A DNA stretch of 64,000 nt, from the IMG/VR virus record IMGVR_UViG_2706796186_000001, positions 1-64,000 of that record. The stretch is one strand, 5' to 3'. The notes below the pieces were generated by a model, which was not told the DNA's origin, did no database searches, and was given only the letters and a program-made list of their open reading frames with translations. Position 1 is the stretch's first letter, and every line of letters starts with the position of its first letter. This document shows, one piece after another, positions 23,974 through 34,177 of this stretch. The DNA comes from a virus (taxonomy: Duplodnaviria; Caudoviricetes). The position numbers were made by a program, and so were the translations under genes.

Positions 23974-25126
23974 ATCCTCCATGGCCCGTGCCATTGAGAA
24001 GATTTACAACGTCCCACCGAAACCACTGGATGTGAAGCGCATTTTAGCGTTGAGTGATTTGCACCTGTTGCATAAGCGGGTGCCGACATGGCACTTGGTT
24101 AACGTGACCAAAACACTCATCCTGAAAGCCGGAAATACCCTCGATGCCATTTATATAGCAGGCGACCTCTTTGAGGATTCGCGACAACTTCGTCAGACCG
24201 ACTCCCAAGAAGCAATGGGTTTCCTGTCGTGGTTGTTACAACATTGTAAAGCGAACGATATCGCCTTGCGTGTTGTCGAGGGTACACCATCACACGACCA
24301 TGGCCAATCCAAGGTCATCGTGGAACTGAACGAAGCCATTGGCGCAGATGCGCTGTATTTAGATGGCATCGGCATCTTCTACGACCCGGCGATTCAAGCC
24401 ACAGTGGGTTGGGTGCAAGACGAGTACAAAGACCGTATTGCGGCGAACACCGAAGCTGAGATGGCGGAACTGATGGCAACGCGTGGACTGGAGAAGGTTG
24501 ATTTCTTCTTCATGCACGGGTGCTTTACGTTCCAGCTGCCGGTGGAATCTCCCCGTTCGTTCAATGAAAGTTTTTGGATTCCACGAACGCGTCTCGGTAT
24601 TTATATCGGACACGACCATCGTGAGAAGTTCTTCGACCTGATACGCGTTACGGGAAGCGTTGATAGGTTGTCACAAGGTGAGGAAGAAGACAAAGGGATG
24701 ACCCTTATCGATTTCACACCGACCTTAGCAAGGAACTATTTCCTTGTGAACACGGAAGCCTGTCCACAGCGCTCTGTGGCAGCAAGCTTAGACCATGAGG
24801 CGCAGTACGCCAAATGTCTGGCTGCGTTGGAGTATATCGATACCCACGTCTCATCGGCAATCGGCCGGTTTAAAGTGGAATACTATCGAGACTCTCCTAT
24901 CGAGGAGCACATCAACCGCTGGAAGCGTGAGTACCCATTCCACATCGAGGGAGTGCGTATTAACACCGACGAGGAAGAGAAGGCACTCGAAGCTGTGTTC
25001 TCCACAGAAACAGTTGCGGATGAACGCATCGGCCCCGATAATGTTGAGGCCGTGATGTTGAACGGACTCGAAGGTCAGCAATATGACCTAGAGGTTGTAT
25101 CCGACGTCATTAGGAGCATTGCATGA
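23945..25126 (+). CDS. sbcD: SbcD/Mre11-like metallophosphoesterase nuclease
   Basis: SDLH, AGDLF, GTPSHD, MHG and GHDH calcineurin-like motifs; exact start uncertain. Confidence 0.8.
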   Translation: MVLKMVKTSKSSMARAIEKIYNVPPKPLDVKRILALSDLHLLHKRVPTWHLVNVTKTLILKAGNTLDAIYIAGDLFEDSRQLRQTDSQEAMGFLSWLLQHCKANDIALRVVEGTPSHDHGQSKVIVELNEAIGADALYLDGIGIFYDPAIQATVGWVQDEYKDRIAANTEAEMAELMATRGLEKVDFFFMHGCFTFQLPVESPRSFNESFWIPRTRLGIYIGHDHREKFFDLIRVTGSVDRLSQGEEEDKGMTLIDFTPTLARNYFLVNTEACPQRSVAASLDHEAQYAKCLAALEYIDTHVSSAIGRFKVEYYRDSPIEEHINRWKREYPFHIEGVRINTDEEEKALEAVFSTETVADERIGPDNVEAVMLNGLEGQQYDLEVVSDVIRSIA

Positions 25127-25968
25127 GAACCCCAATAAGCGTTGATCGTGTATTTGGGAACTATCAGATGTCAATCGCCACTTCACTGGCGATGGAAGGT
25201 TTACTCCATACGGGCGAATATGCCGACTGGAAAGGCAAGCTGCCCATCCATGAGTATCAGGAAATTTATCTGAATCTCCGTACGTTGTTCCGTAATGCAT
25301 TTTACGCATTCGAAGATAATCGTGAAAGATTAACTGCTGAAGTTTTAAGAACTTGTGTCGAAGAAGATATAGAACAATTCACTGCCACCGCTGCGGCGGT
25401 GGCCCCCACGGTGGTATGTGTCCCTTATATCTGTCTGTACAAATCGGCCAATAAGCAGTTCCCTCTCGCGAAGTTCCGTAATGCGTTAGGTGGCGACGAA
25501 ACAATGACCCCGAATCAGGCGTTCTTCAATTCCGTTGAGCAGGATTTGTATCACATGCTCACGAACGAAGAGACGGGGATGGAAAACCTTCTGGCGTTTG
25601 ATGTGTTTCCAAAGAACAACAAAGACACCCTGTTGTTAACGCACTATCCGGCCGATCTTATCCACAAAGAGCGGTTCCCGAAACTGGGCCTGCTTGAATC
25701 CCACAGCGGGAAGGTAAAGAAACAACTGGAGTGGTACACGAAGATGTACAACAAGCCGAAGCAGATACCGTTTAACAAAGCGTTTCTGACTCTGTTTGGT
25801 GACCAGTACATGTTCGCGCCACAAGACAGAAAGATTCGTAACGTGTTACTGAAAACGGCTGAGAAATACAACTGGGATCAGACCACGTCGATGGACCGTA
25901 TTTACAACTGCCTGAAGTTGGTCAACGAACCGCACGTTATTGATTACCTGCGCAAATTGAGCCACTAA
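25123..25968 (+). CDS. conserved hypothetical protein (possible nuclease-like fold)
   Basis: ATGA overlap with sbcD, AGGAG SD, 281 aa. Confidence 0.7.
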   Translation: MRTPISVDRVFGNYQMSIATSLAMEGLLHTGEYADWKGKLPIHEYQEIYLNLRTLFRNAFYAFEDNRERLTAEVLRTCVEEDIEQFTATAAAVAPTVVCVPYICLYKSANKQFPLAKFRNALGGDETMTPNQAFFNSVEQDLYHMLTNEETGMENLLAFDVFPKNNKDTLLLTHYPADLIHKERFPKLGLLESHSGKVKKQLEWYTKMYNKPKQIPFNKAFLTLFGDQYMFAPQDRKIRNVLLKTAEKYNWDQTTSMDRIYNCLKLVNEPHVIDYLRKLSH

Positions 25969-26030
25969 CTTTTTACACCACTGGGGTATCCTTTGAGGAT
26001 ACCCAAACATTTTAATTGAAGGACGCCAAC

Positions 26031-26693
26031 ATGGCCATGATCAACAAAGAACTCTTTAACGACAAATGGTGCTACCCGCAGACCGAGCCTGATAATCAGG
26101 GCAACACACGTAAGCTGGGTATCGAGCCGAACTTCTTTAAAGACTCGCCCGATTGCGAAGGTCTGAAGTTCAGCTACTCGTTCGGTAAAGGCGAAGGCGT
26201 TTATTACAACCTCGGCCCGACCATGTGTCAGGTGCTGGTTGATGCTCTGCAAGACATGCTGAAGAAGTCTGAAAAAGACGTTCTCAGTCTGCCATTCTCC
26301 GGCGGTAATAAAGGTACCATTACACTGTCTGTCGGCCGTGGCGATGACCTGATCCCGTTCATGGCGATTGGTGGTGAAATCAATGGTCAGCGTCGCACGA
26401 AGAAGTTCTTCTTCACCACACCGAAAGGTTACGGTATTGTGCGCAACGGTACGCCGGTGTCTGATCTCGAAAATGCGGAACGCATGTGTCGCGCCTTTAT
26501 TGGTCGCTTCCATAAGTTCCAAGAGTGGCTGGATGATAGCTACAAGAAACGCGAATGGAATCAGAATGGCGGCGGTCGTCAGGGTAGTGGTGGTTACAAT
26601 CGTCAAGGCGGTGGTAACAACAACAACTATCAAGGTGGCGGCAACCAGCAGTCTGCTCCGGCAGCAACGGACAATTTTGACGACTACGTTTAA
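26031..26693 (+). CDS. putative single-stranded nucleic-acid-binding protein (SSB-like)
   Basis: Beta-rich body, Gly/Asn/Gln-rich linker and acidic-aromatic tail DNFDDYV. Confidence 0.55.
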   Translation: MAMINKELFNDKWCYPQTEPDNQGNTRKLGIEPNFFKDSPDCEGLKFSYSFGKGEGVYYNLGPTMCQVLVDALQDMLKKSEKDVLSLPFSGGNKGTITLSVGRGDDLIPFMAIGGEINGQRRTKKFFFTTPKGYGIVRNGTPVSDLENAERMCRAFIGRFHKFQEWLDDSYKKREWNQNGGGRQGSGGYNRQGGGNNNNYQGGGNQQSAPAATDNFDDYV

Positions 26694-26767
26694 CTAAAAT
26701 AATGCCCACGGGACAACCCGTGGGCTTAGGATGATTATGTGCTCCGGTTGCATTCGATTCCTTTTTA

Positions 26768-26787
26768 GATAGATTTTATCGTCGTGC
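26768..26787 (+). promoter_or_regulatory. early-type promoter motif (degenerate)
   Basis: GATAGATTTTATCGTCGTGC. Confidence 0.55.
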
Positions 26788-26812
26788 TAATAACAATCGG
26801 GGTTTCGCGATA

Positions 26813-28438
26813 ATGAAAATTGTAAAGAACAAAGAGATTATTACTATCAGCCACAATGGGGAGGAAGTACGGTTTGACCAGATTCCAACCCAGCGTAAAC
26901 GGCAGGGTCCCGAGCCGCGTGATAGTAAGGGTGTCGTGTTAACAGCAGACCGTTTGCTGTTCAGTGAACTGAATCGTTATTGGGGTACGCTGACTGAGGC
27001 GGAACAAGACGAGTTGTTCGGGGCTTATACGTTGTTGTCGGAATTAGCAGTAGAAGGCGATGAGGTTATAAGCGAACATGCACCGAAGGTCATGGAAATC
27101 ATCGCGAAACACCACAAAGCCGAACGTTTCAGAGAGCTGTATCCGCTGAAGAACGTGTTCATTCCGCAGAAGCTGCATGCGTCGATTGCAGACATGTCAC
27201 CGAACTACACGGAGTCCATGACGTACTTTGTCCCGGACTATTATCATCTGATGATTTTGACGTTGTTAATCAAACCGTTTATTCCGGTGTTTGCGGTGCT
27301 TGGGGCATACGTGGCAGGTAAAGGTATCTCGCAGGAAGCTAAGCGTAAGGTTGTGTACAAAATCAACCTCGCGTTCGACCTGCTGTCCGATACAGAAATC
27401 CGCCAGTCCGAAGCTGTTCAGAAGCTGGAGTTGTTCTTACCGAGTCTGGTAGAGAAGTTCCAGAAAGAGATGAGTAACCGTGGCTCAGGTACCAGCCTGT
27501 CAATCCTGTCATCCGTTATGGGGTACGGGTCTGACATGATGGATGAATACCTGTTGTCGTTGACGATTGTTCGTCTACTGGCGCTGCGTCCGTGCTATTG
27601 CGATTTCCCAGACGGGTCACTGGAAGACAGTTCTATCGTCTCCAGCATCTATTTCGGTATTCGCACCGAAGTGGAATCCGGCTTTGCAAACCGCATCGCA
27701 GGTCAGCAGGTTATCTTGAAACAACATCCGACTGCCGTGGTGTTTAATGGGGAAAAGGGGAAGGTCAGTGCCATCGACTTAGTACAAGGTCGTAGCCCTG
27801 CACCAATAAAGGAATATGTGCGTCCAGGCATGACGTTTAAGGATTACCGCCGTTTCATCAAAACGACCGGTTATGATATTGCGCCTGCCAACGCGAAGTG
27901 TCTGATTGATTCGCAAATCGTCAATCACACGGGGCCGACGTACGAACTGCATGAGTGGCTTACCGCCGCGGCTCTGCATCGCTTTACTGACCATCGGTCA
28001 TTCAAAGATATTGATCCAGACAAGTTCCCGTATGGGGTTGGTCTTGCTCAGGCCATTTACCTGTACTACGGAATGCCGCAGTTAGCACAACTGCTCAGCT
28101 GTGAAATGTTGCCGGGGAATATCAGTGGTTATCCGATCGAGCCGATCGATAGCGAACTGAAAATATCTACAGATAGATATTATCCTCAGGCATACCGTTC
28201 ACCCCGTAACGAATCACAGGAGAGTATCGTTCGCACATCGTTAGAGTTGTTGGTGCGTAATCACCTGAACCCGTATCACTTCCATCTCAAAGCGTCTCCA
28301 GAAGCCGCAGAGCTGTTGAAGTGTGAACCGGATATTCCGAACTATCGACCATACGGTCGTATCCTCACGCAGTTAACTGAGTTCCTCGCGATTCAAGCTC
28401 GCCAGAAAGTCAGTGAAGTAAAATGGTTTAATTCATAA
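26813..28438 (+). CDS. nvRNAP promoter-specificity (sigma-like) subunit (phiKZ gp68-like)
   Basis: 541 aa; position in the core block upstream of the nvRNAP beta gene; synteny-based. Confidence 0.6.
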   Translation: MKIVKNKEIITISHNGEEVRFDQIPTQRKRQGPEPRDSKGVVLTADRLLFSELNRYWGTLTEAEQDELFGAYTLLSELAVEGDEVISEHAPKVMEIIAKHHKAERFRELYPLKNVFIPQKLHASIADMSPNYTESMTYFVPDYYHLMILTLLIKPFIPVFAVLGAYVAGKGISQEAKRKVVYKINLAFDLLSDTEIRQSEAVQKLELFLPSLVEKFQKEMSNRGSGTSLSILSSVMGYGSDMMDEYLLSLTIVRLLALRPCYCDFPDGSLEDSSIVSSIYFGIRTEVESGFANRIAGQQVILKQHPTAVVFNGEKGKVSAIDLVQGRSPAPIKEYVRPGMTFKDYRRFIKTTGYDIAPANAKCLIDSQIVNHTGPTYELHEWLTAAALHRFTDHRSFKDIDPDKFPYGVGLAQAIYLYYGMPQLAQLLSCEMLPGNISGYPIEPIDSELKISTDRYYPQAYRSPRNESQESIVRTSLELLVRNHLNPYHFHLKASPEAAELLKCEPDIPNYRPYGRILTQLTEFLAIQARQKVSEVKWFNS

Positions 28439-28449
28439 GGAGAATCAAG

Positions 28450-30147
28450 ATGTTATTACGCGACTTACAGTTATTCCCAGTACGTGAAATCCCACAGCAG
28501 TACCGTCGTCGTATCGCGTTCAACGCCACGACCGGTGCATTAGGCGAGTTGTCTGAAATCATCGAAGAAAATGGCCAATCTGCTTCGGGTACGCAAGCGT
28601 ACCAAGATTCACTCAGTAACATCGTGGGCTTTGATGGTACACCGGACGGTTTCGAACGTCCGTTGGTCAACATCTCCGGCGATGACAAAAAGATTCAACC
28701 TTTCCAGTACGAAAGCCGCGATACTGGTCTGTATAACTTCGTGGCCGTATTGGTGGCAAACCCGATTAACGACACCCGATCTCAGGAGCTGCGTTATATC
28801 GTAACCGGTTATACCTCACAGGCGGAGCAAAGCCTGTTTGGTAATCTGCCGAACGACATGGTGTTGTACATCAACGAAATCTACGGGATGCAAACGGTCT
28901 ATGACCGTACGCCTCTGGGTGAGCGGGTTATCAACCCGAACGGCTTTAAGATGGTGGATAACCTTGTCCTCTCGCGTGCTCTGGCAACGCAGGGTTATCA
29001 TGAATCCAGCATCAACGCCATCACCATCAGCAAAACCGCTGACATGATTAAGAAGATGAACCTCAACCCGGATGAGAAGTTCATGCCGAACGAGGATGAG
29101 ATTTATGCGCCAACTGCCACAGCAGCACCATCGCTGTTGGCAGGCCAACTTAGCCAACCTGAGAACTTCGTGACCGCTATCTCGAACTCTTATCTCCGCA
29201 CTATGGGGATGGACAACGAGTTAACGCAAGTCGAAAGTTTCTTCGAAGGCACCGGCGGTAGTAATGTTGAGAGTGATCTCAACTCACTGGGTGTGGTGCG
29301 TAACTTCTCGAACTACGACCTGATTAAAGCGTTCCGTCAGGCACTGACCAACTCATTGGGCAGCTCAGCTGACGCGTACAACGTGGCATCACGGGCGCAG
29401 TTCCGTCTGGGTGATCTCAAAGCCGCCGTGGCTAACCCAGAAGAAATCGATCGGCAGATTGTGGCATCGCTTGATCTCGCCCGCAAGCTCGGCCTGGGTG
29501 AAATCGAACAGACTGACCAGTGGATTGGCCATAACGGTTATTCCACCATGGGCTCTCTGGTGTCGTACGAACTGGCCATGCAGCTAGGCGCGATTCTGTC
29601 GCGTAACCTTGTGAGCCGTGTGAGCTTTGACTTCGATAACCGTCACAGCGATTTCTTGACCCCGGCGCAGTTGACCGTTCACAGTGATTCTATTTACTCA
29701 CTGAGCGACCGCCAGTTACCGCGCATTCTGGCAGAACGCTTCGAACGTGATATTCATGCGATGTTTGTGAAGGTGACTAAGCACAACCATATCCGTTGTG
29801 CAGTCAGGGTACATGCTCTGCTGGGTACCGTAACGCGTGTGGAAGTGCTCATGGATGGTGAGACGTCCAAAGAGTTCTTCACTTACGCATCGTTCATGTC
29901 TTCTCGTCTGCATAACGGTAACACCACCAGTCTCGCCTATACGGGTCGTCTGGCGAATGATACTTCGAAGCTGATGAAAGCCATCGAGACGGGTTTTCAC
30001 GGTCACACCACCGCCAGCAATCGTAGCAACATCATCACCTCCGCACCGTCATCACCAAATGCGTTCCGCACGGGGAACTCATTGTTAGATGATGATACCC
30101 CGGCAGCAGGCATTCGCCTTGGTACCGGCAACAGCCTGTTAGATTAA
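28450..30147 (+). CDS. picA: phage nucleus protein-import factor PicA/Imp1-like (phiKZ gp69 position)
   Basis: 565 aa directly after the gp68-like gene; synteny-based. Confidence 0.55.
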   Translation: MLLRDLQLFPVREIPQQYRRRIAFNATTGALGELSEIIEENGQSASGTQAYQDSLSNIVGFDGTPDGFERPLVNISGDDKKIQPFQYESRDTGLYNFVAVLVANPINDTRSQELRYIVTGYTSQAEQSLFGNLPNDMVLYINEIYGMQTVYDRTPLGERVINPNGFKMVDNLVLSRALATQGYHESSINAITISKTADMIKKMNLNPDEKFMPNEDEIYAPTATAAPSLLAGQLSQPENFVTAISNSYLRTMGMDNELTQVESFFEGTGGSNVESDLNSLGVVRNFSNYDLIKAFRQALTNSLGSSADAYNVASRAQFRLGDLKAAVANPEEIDRQIVASLDLARKLGLGEIEQTDQWIGHNGYSTMGSLVSYELAMQLGAILSRNLVSRVSFDFDNRHSDFLTPAQLTVHSDSIYSLSDRQLPRILAERFERDIHAMFVKVTKHNHIRCAVRVHALLGTVTRVEVLMDGETSKEFFTYASFMSSRLHNGNTTSLAYTGRLANDTSKLMKAIETGFHGHTTASNRSNIITSAPSSPNAFRTGNSLLDDDTPAAGIRLGTGNSLLD

Positions 30148-30156
30148 GGATAAACA

Positions 30157-31527
30157 ATGCACATCATTAAGTTTTATCAATCCATGTTGGAATCGCTTGG
30201 GTTCAATCGTGACGGTGACCTGATGGTCTATGCGGACGATGGCACTCCGGCGTATTTCACGTACAACAAAGAGAAGCGCCGTCTGGTGCTTCCTACCAAT
30301 GCCATGATTAAAGCGGGCATGGAAGATGCGAACGGCAAAGAATGCCACGCCTTCCATCCGCTGTGTGAATCCGTACTGACCGGGGAATCGGGCACCATCC
30401 GTTTCCTCAAACGTGCGATTCGCATGCGTCTGTGGATGAACAGCTTCGATCTCATCGATGCGATTCTTGACACGGCAGCAGAAGGCAAAACCATCAAGCA
30501 GGCGTCTTACAAGAAGTTCATGACGGATGTTATCTGTCAGGGCATCAAAGATCCGAAGCTCGATGATAAGCTGCGTGCGGCGTGGGTTACTCTGCGTAAC
30601 CACATGATGGAAGTGGAGAACAAGAAGCAAACCAACTTGTTCATTGCCTCCGACATGTCCATCGAAGGTGTGAAGTATGTCCGTGTGGCAAACTTCAAAC
30701 ACATCTTTGAAGAAGAGTCGTACGACGACACCGCAACCTACTTCGGGGTGAAGTTACCGCGTAAGCAGGATAAGGTGATTCTGCATCGCCTGCTGATGAC
30801 CGTGTTCGGTTGGTATCCGAGTATGTGTGGTTCCAATGACAACCGTCCGTACTTCGGCTGTCTGGCACGCGGTTGGGCACAATGGGTCATGAACTACAAC
30901 AACGTAGTGAAAGCCTTACGTGAACACTGCGCGCTGAAACCACTGAGCGATGAATGGATTGGTCAGCTGGATGAACTCCAGCAATACGACAACGTGATTC
31001 AAACGCTGCCGTATAACACCGGTTCATCATCCAAAGACCCGGAACGTGATACCACCGCGCGTGAGTATAGCGTAACGCCAACCACCACGAGTCGTTCAGT
31101 TGATCTGTTAGCCTCCGAGCAGAACAAGCCTGAGCAAGGTAGTCTGGAAGCGTTCTTCGACAAAGCACTGCCGAAGACAGTTACCTCTACCGGACTGGAC
31201 ATCAGCAAGCTGACCCCTGCCCAGCAGAAGTCGCTGCGCGAGAACGGACACCTTAACGGTACGTCTGACCAGTCCATCGTGGGCAAATCTCTGTCTGAAG
31301 CCATGGGCCAAACACCACGTAACCCGTTGGGTCTGACGTCTGAGATTGATCGCCGTAGTCTGCTGTCGACCAGCACTGCGAGTGGATTGTCCAGTAGCGG
31401 TAACTCGTTGCTGAATGATGCCCCGCCGCGTCTGGGTGGACTGGCAGGTCTGGGTGGCGAGACGTCAAGTGGCCCACGTCTGGGTGGTATCGATCCAACG
31501 AAACCGAAAGACGGGTTCCACTGGTAA
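30157..31527 (+). CDS. conserved core protein (phiKZ gp70 position)
   Basis: FHPLCESVLTGES motif, low-complexity C-terminus. Confidence 0.6.
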   Translation: MHIIKFYQSMLESLGFNRDGDLMVYADDGTPAYFTYNKEKRRLVLPTNAMIKAGMEDANGKECHAFHPLCESVLTGESGTIRFLKRAIRMRLWMNSFDLIDAILDTAAEGKTIKQASYKKFMTDVICQGIKDPKLDDKLRAAWVTLRNHMMEVENKKQTNLFIASDMSIEGVKYVRVANFKHIFEEESYDDTATYFGVKLPRKQDKVILHRLLMTVFGWYPSMCGSNDNRPYFGCLARGWAQWVMNYNNVVKALREHCALKPLSDEWIGQLDELQQYDNVIQTLPYNTGSSSKDPERDTTAREYSVTPTTTSRSVDLLASEQNKPEQGSLEAFFDKALPKTVTSTGLDISKLTPAQQKSLRENGHLNGTSDQSIVGKSLSEAMGQTPRNPLGLTSEIDRRSLLSTSTASGLSSSGNSLLNDAPPRLGGLAGLGGETSSGPRLGGIDPTKPKDGFHW

Positions 31528-31569
31528 AAAAATAAAAGAAGGAAGGGACCGAAGTCCCTTCTTTTTTTG
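31526..31569. terminator. bidirectional terminator
   Basis: A tract, GAAGGGAC/GTCCCTTC stem, T tract. Confidence 0.75.
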
Positions 31570-31893
31570 TCAGGTGGTAATGGTGTTCAAAACGTTCTCC
31601 ACAACCACCGGCGATGGAATACGTAGCACCGGATATTTCTCCGGCGTGAAATCCATCGGGTTCGATATCCCATTAATGAGCATAATGGGGTAAACTTGAT
31701 TATCCTGAATCTCGGCAAGTTTGCAGTATGCATAGAAGCTATGTATTTCTGGCCAAGCAAACTCCGCCTTTGTCGGGACATCCACAGTCTCTGGATGATT
31801 CCTAAAGTATTCAGTGTAGTCTTGCATTAGTTTGCGACGTTGACTATCGAGCGAAGGTACAACTTCACCGAGAGTGATCGAGCTGATAAGCAT
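31570..31893 (-). CDS. small conserved protein, possibly LysM/gp53-like baseplate component
   Basis: AAGGAG SD before ATG 31893; IMLINGISNPMDF...LRIP resembles LysM/tail-X motifs. Confidence 0.55.
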   Translation of the reverse strand: MLISSITLGEVVPSLDSQRRKLMQDYTEYFRNHPETVDVPTKAEFAWPEIHSFYAYCKLAEIQDNQVYPIMLINGISNPMDFTPEKYPVLRIPSPVVVENVLNTITT

Positions 31894-31917
31894 GAGGTCT
31901 CCTTGAAAAGATCTACG

Positions 31918-31937
31918 AATATATATTATCTCGGTGA
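31918..31937 (+). promoter_or_regulatory. early-type promoter motif
   Basis: AATATATATTATCTCGGTGA. Confidence 0.75.
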
Positions 31938-31963
31938 AGTAACCAAGAAGGAGTATTAAAGTA

Positions 31964-34177
31964 ATGAGCATGCCCGTACAATTAGTCGGCACCCACGCCG
32001 ACCGTGAGTATTTGATTCGTAACCAATCGGGTGCGCGTGCATCGATGGTAGGTGGCCATATGAAATCGGCTGCACCCATTGACCACCCAACCCCGATGTT
32101 CCATTTCACAGGTGCGGATTCAAACTACCACGACGTCCTCTTCAACGACATCGTTGAGGATTCAGGTAGCGTTTGTATCTATAACGATAATGGCACACAC
32201 AAAAGAGCGGTGTTCACACGCCATGCCCAAATCGGCAGTGGCTCTCCGCTAGAGCATGCAATCTTCTTTCGTCGTAGTGAAACCAGTCCCGGCATGCTGA
32301 ACAAGCCTGTCATGGATGTTATTGAAATAAACCACTATACTTCGCACGATAACGTCTTCACATCTGAGAAGCGTATCACCGATAAACTTCGGGCGATCTT
32401 ACGTGGTGAAACCACCGTGTTGGAAAAGGATGAAATCCTGACCGAAATGAACTCCATGATGAACGGGGAATTTGTTGACGGTGTTGCACTGCCAACAGTG
32501 ACCATGTCGCATCCGGATATCATTGAGGATTCCTACACGATCTCAAAAACCGCCGCCGCGTTAATGCATGCCTATGGTTTCAAAGAAATCTGGATATCGT
32601 TACGCGAAGACGAGTTCTTGCTGGATACTTACGGTTACGACACACCCAACGGTCGTGTGCCGCAGTATTTCCCGAACGTGGGACAAGCAATCCGTGATGA
32701 TGGTTTGGTAATCGCCACGCGTCAATTCGACCCGTTGTACGCGGCTATCAATGCTTCTATCGGTGAGCTACAGCATGTCTCGCCACACTTTGACCACTGT
32801 GAATACGTTGACGCTGATCCGAAGCACTATGAAAACCCAACGGATGAAAACGGTTCACGGGTGATTGACATTCAGGTGTGGCGTGATGATGTTAGCTTTA
32901 GCAATGGTAACAACAACATCAAAGCCACCGAAGAGAACAAACGCGTTCTTGACTCGTATGCTGTGGCGTTGAAAGACTACTACCGCGAAATCGTTCGCTT
33001 CTACTTCCTCGTGAAAGATGATGTGGTGTGGTCACCGAAAGCCTGTGAGTTCTTAGAGAAAGCGTTCGCCTCTGAAACTCATGAAGTGTATCAGGAATTC
33101 CGCGAAGAGATTCGTGGTGTGGTTGAAGCAGCGGTACGCCGTGGTGAGTATAAGAAAGACACCATGGAAACCAAAATCATCAACCGTATCAACCGTCCAG
33201 TGGAACGTTCCCTGCGCGACCCTATCAACACGTACACCATTAAGCTTGTGGTGCGCTATCCGATCCCGGTCACTGTCTCGTCCAAGATTACGGACTTGTC
33301 AGGTACGAAAGGTATCGTTGGCGAAGTGAAAGAAGACGAAGACATGCCACTGAACGAATTCGGACAACGCGTCCATTCAATTCGTTCGATGAATGCTGTG
33401 GTTCGTCGCTCAACGTACTCTGCTCTGTTCCACATGTACTGGTCAGCTGCATCTGAACAACTCAAGATGCGCTTAAAGCCAATGTTGGATGCAGGCAAGG
33501 TGAATGAATCGTGGAATGTCCTGATGGATTATCTCGCACGGTACAATCCCGATTGGGCAAACTGTCTGAACGTGACGCACGATACGCATCAGAAGCGACT
33601 GGAACTCTTCAAAGAGATCTACGACTTCACGATTCGTATCTGGCTACCGCATGAACTAGACAATACGCCGATTGGTATCACCAAAGCGTTGGGTGAATTT
33701 GCACCGAAGAAGTCCCGTCTCCAGATCACCAACTACCAAGGTGAGAAGGAGTGGACGAAGAATGAATTCTACGTGGGTAATGTCATGACCTTGCGTCTTG
33801 ACAAAACCGGCCGTGAGTTCTCGTCTATCTCTTCGATGCACACGAACTATCTGGGCTGTATTGATGCATCAGGACAAGGGCGTGGGTCATATCCCATTAA
33901 CTACAGTCCGAAGAAGTGGGGTGGTGAAGCAGAGCACCGACTGACGGATGGCTACGGTCAAGGTCTGTTCGATGAAGCGCATAACCGTTCCAACTGTCCA
34001 GATGTCCATCGTCAGATTGTTGAAGGGAAGTATGCTTCCGATACCCCAAGTAATCCGGGTGTGTTGGTTGACCGTGAACGTTACCCGCTGGGTGAATCGC
34101 AAGTGGATAAGATGATTGACAACATACACCGCTGTGAAGGGTTTGTGTTAGTGCGCCCCACTCGGGAGGATAATTGA
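31964..34177 (+). CDS. non-virion RNA polymerase beta subunit, C-terminal part (phiKZ gp71-73-like)
   Basis: SGARASMVGGHM, IIEDSY and SKITDLSGTKGIV (analogue of GDK...HGNKG), GGEAE. Confidence 0.85.
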   Translation: MSMPVQLVGTHADREYLIRNQSGARASMVGGHMKSAAPIDHPTPMFHFTGADSNYHDVLFNDIVEDSGSVCIYNDNGTHKRAVFTRHAQIGSGSPLEHAIFFRRSETSPGMLNKPVMDVIEINHYTSHDNVFTSEKRITDKLRAILRGETTVLEKDEILTEMNSMMNGEFVDGVALPTVTMSHPDIIEDSYTISKTAAALMHAYGFKEIWISLREDEFLLDTYGYDTPNGRVPQYFPNVGQAIRDDGLVIATRQFDPLYAAINASIGELQHVSPHFDHCEYVDADPKHYENPTDENGSRVIDIQVWRDDVSFSNGNNNIKATEENKRVLDSYAVALKDYYREIVRFYFLVKDDVVWSPKACEFLEKAFASETHEVYQEFREEIRGVVEAAVRRGEYKKDTMETKIINRINRPVERSLRDPINTYTIKLVVRYPIPVTVSSKITDLSGTKGIVGEVKEDEDMPLNEFGQRVHSIRSMNAVVRRSTYSALFHMYWSAASEQLKMRLKPMLDAGKVNESWNVLMDYLARYNPDWANCLNVTHDTHQKRLELFKEIYDFTIRIWLPHELDNTPIGITKALGEFAPKKSRLQITNYQGEKEWTKNEFYVGNVMTLRLDKTGREFSSISSMHTNYLGCIDASGQGRGSYPINYSPKKWGGEAEHRLTDGYGQGLFDEAHNRSNCPDVHRQIVEGKYASDTPSNPGVLVDRERYPLGESQVDKMIDNIHRCEGFVLVRPTREDN

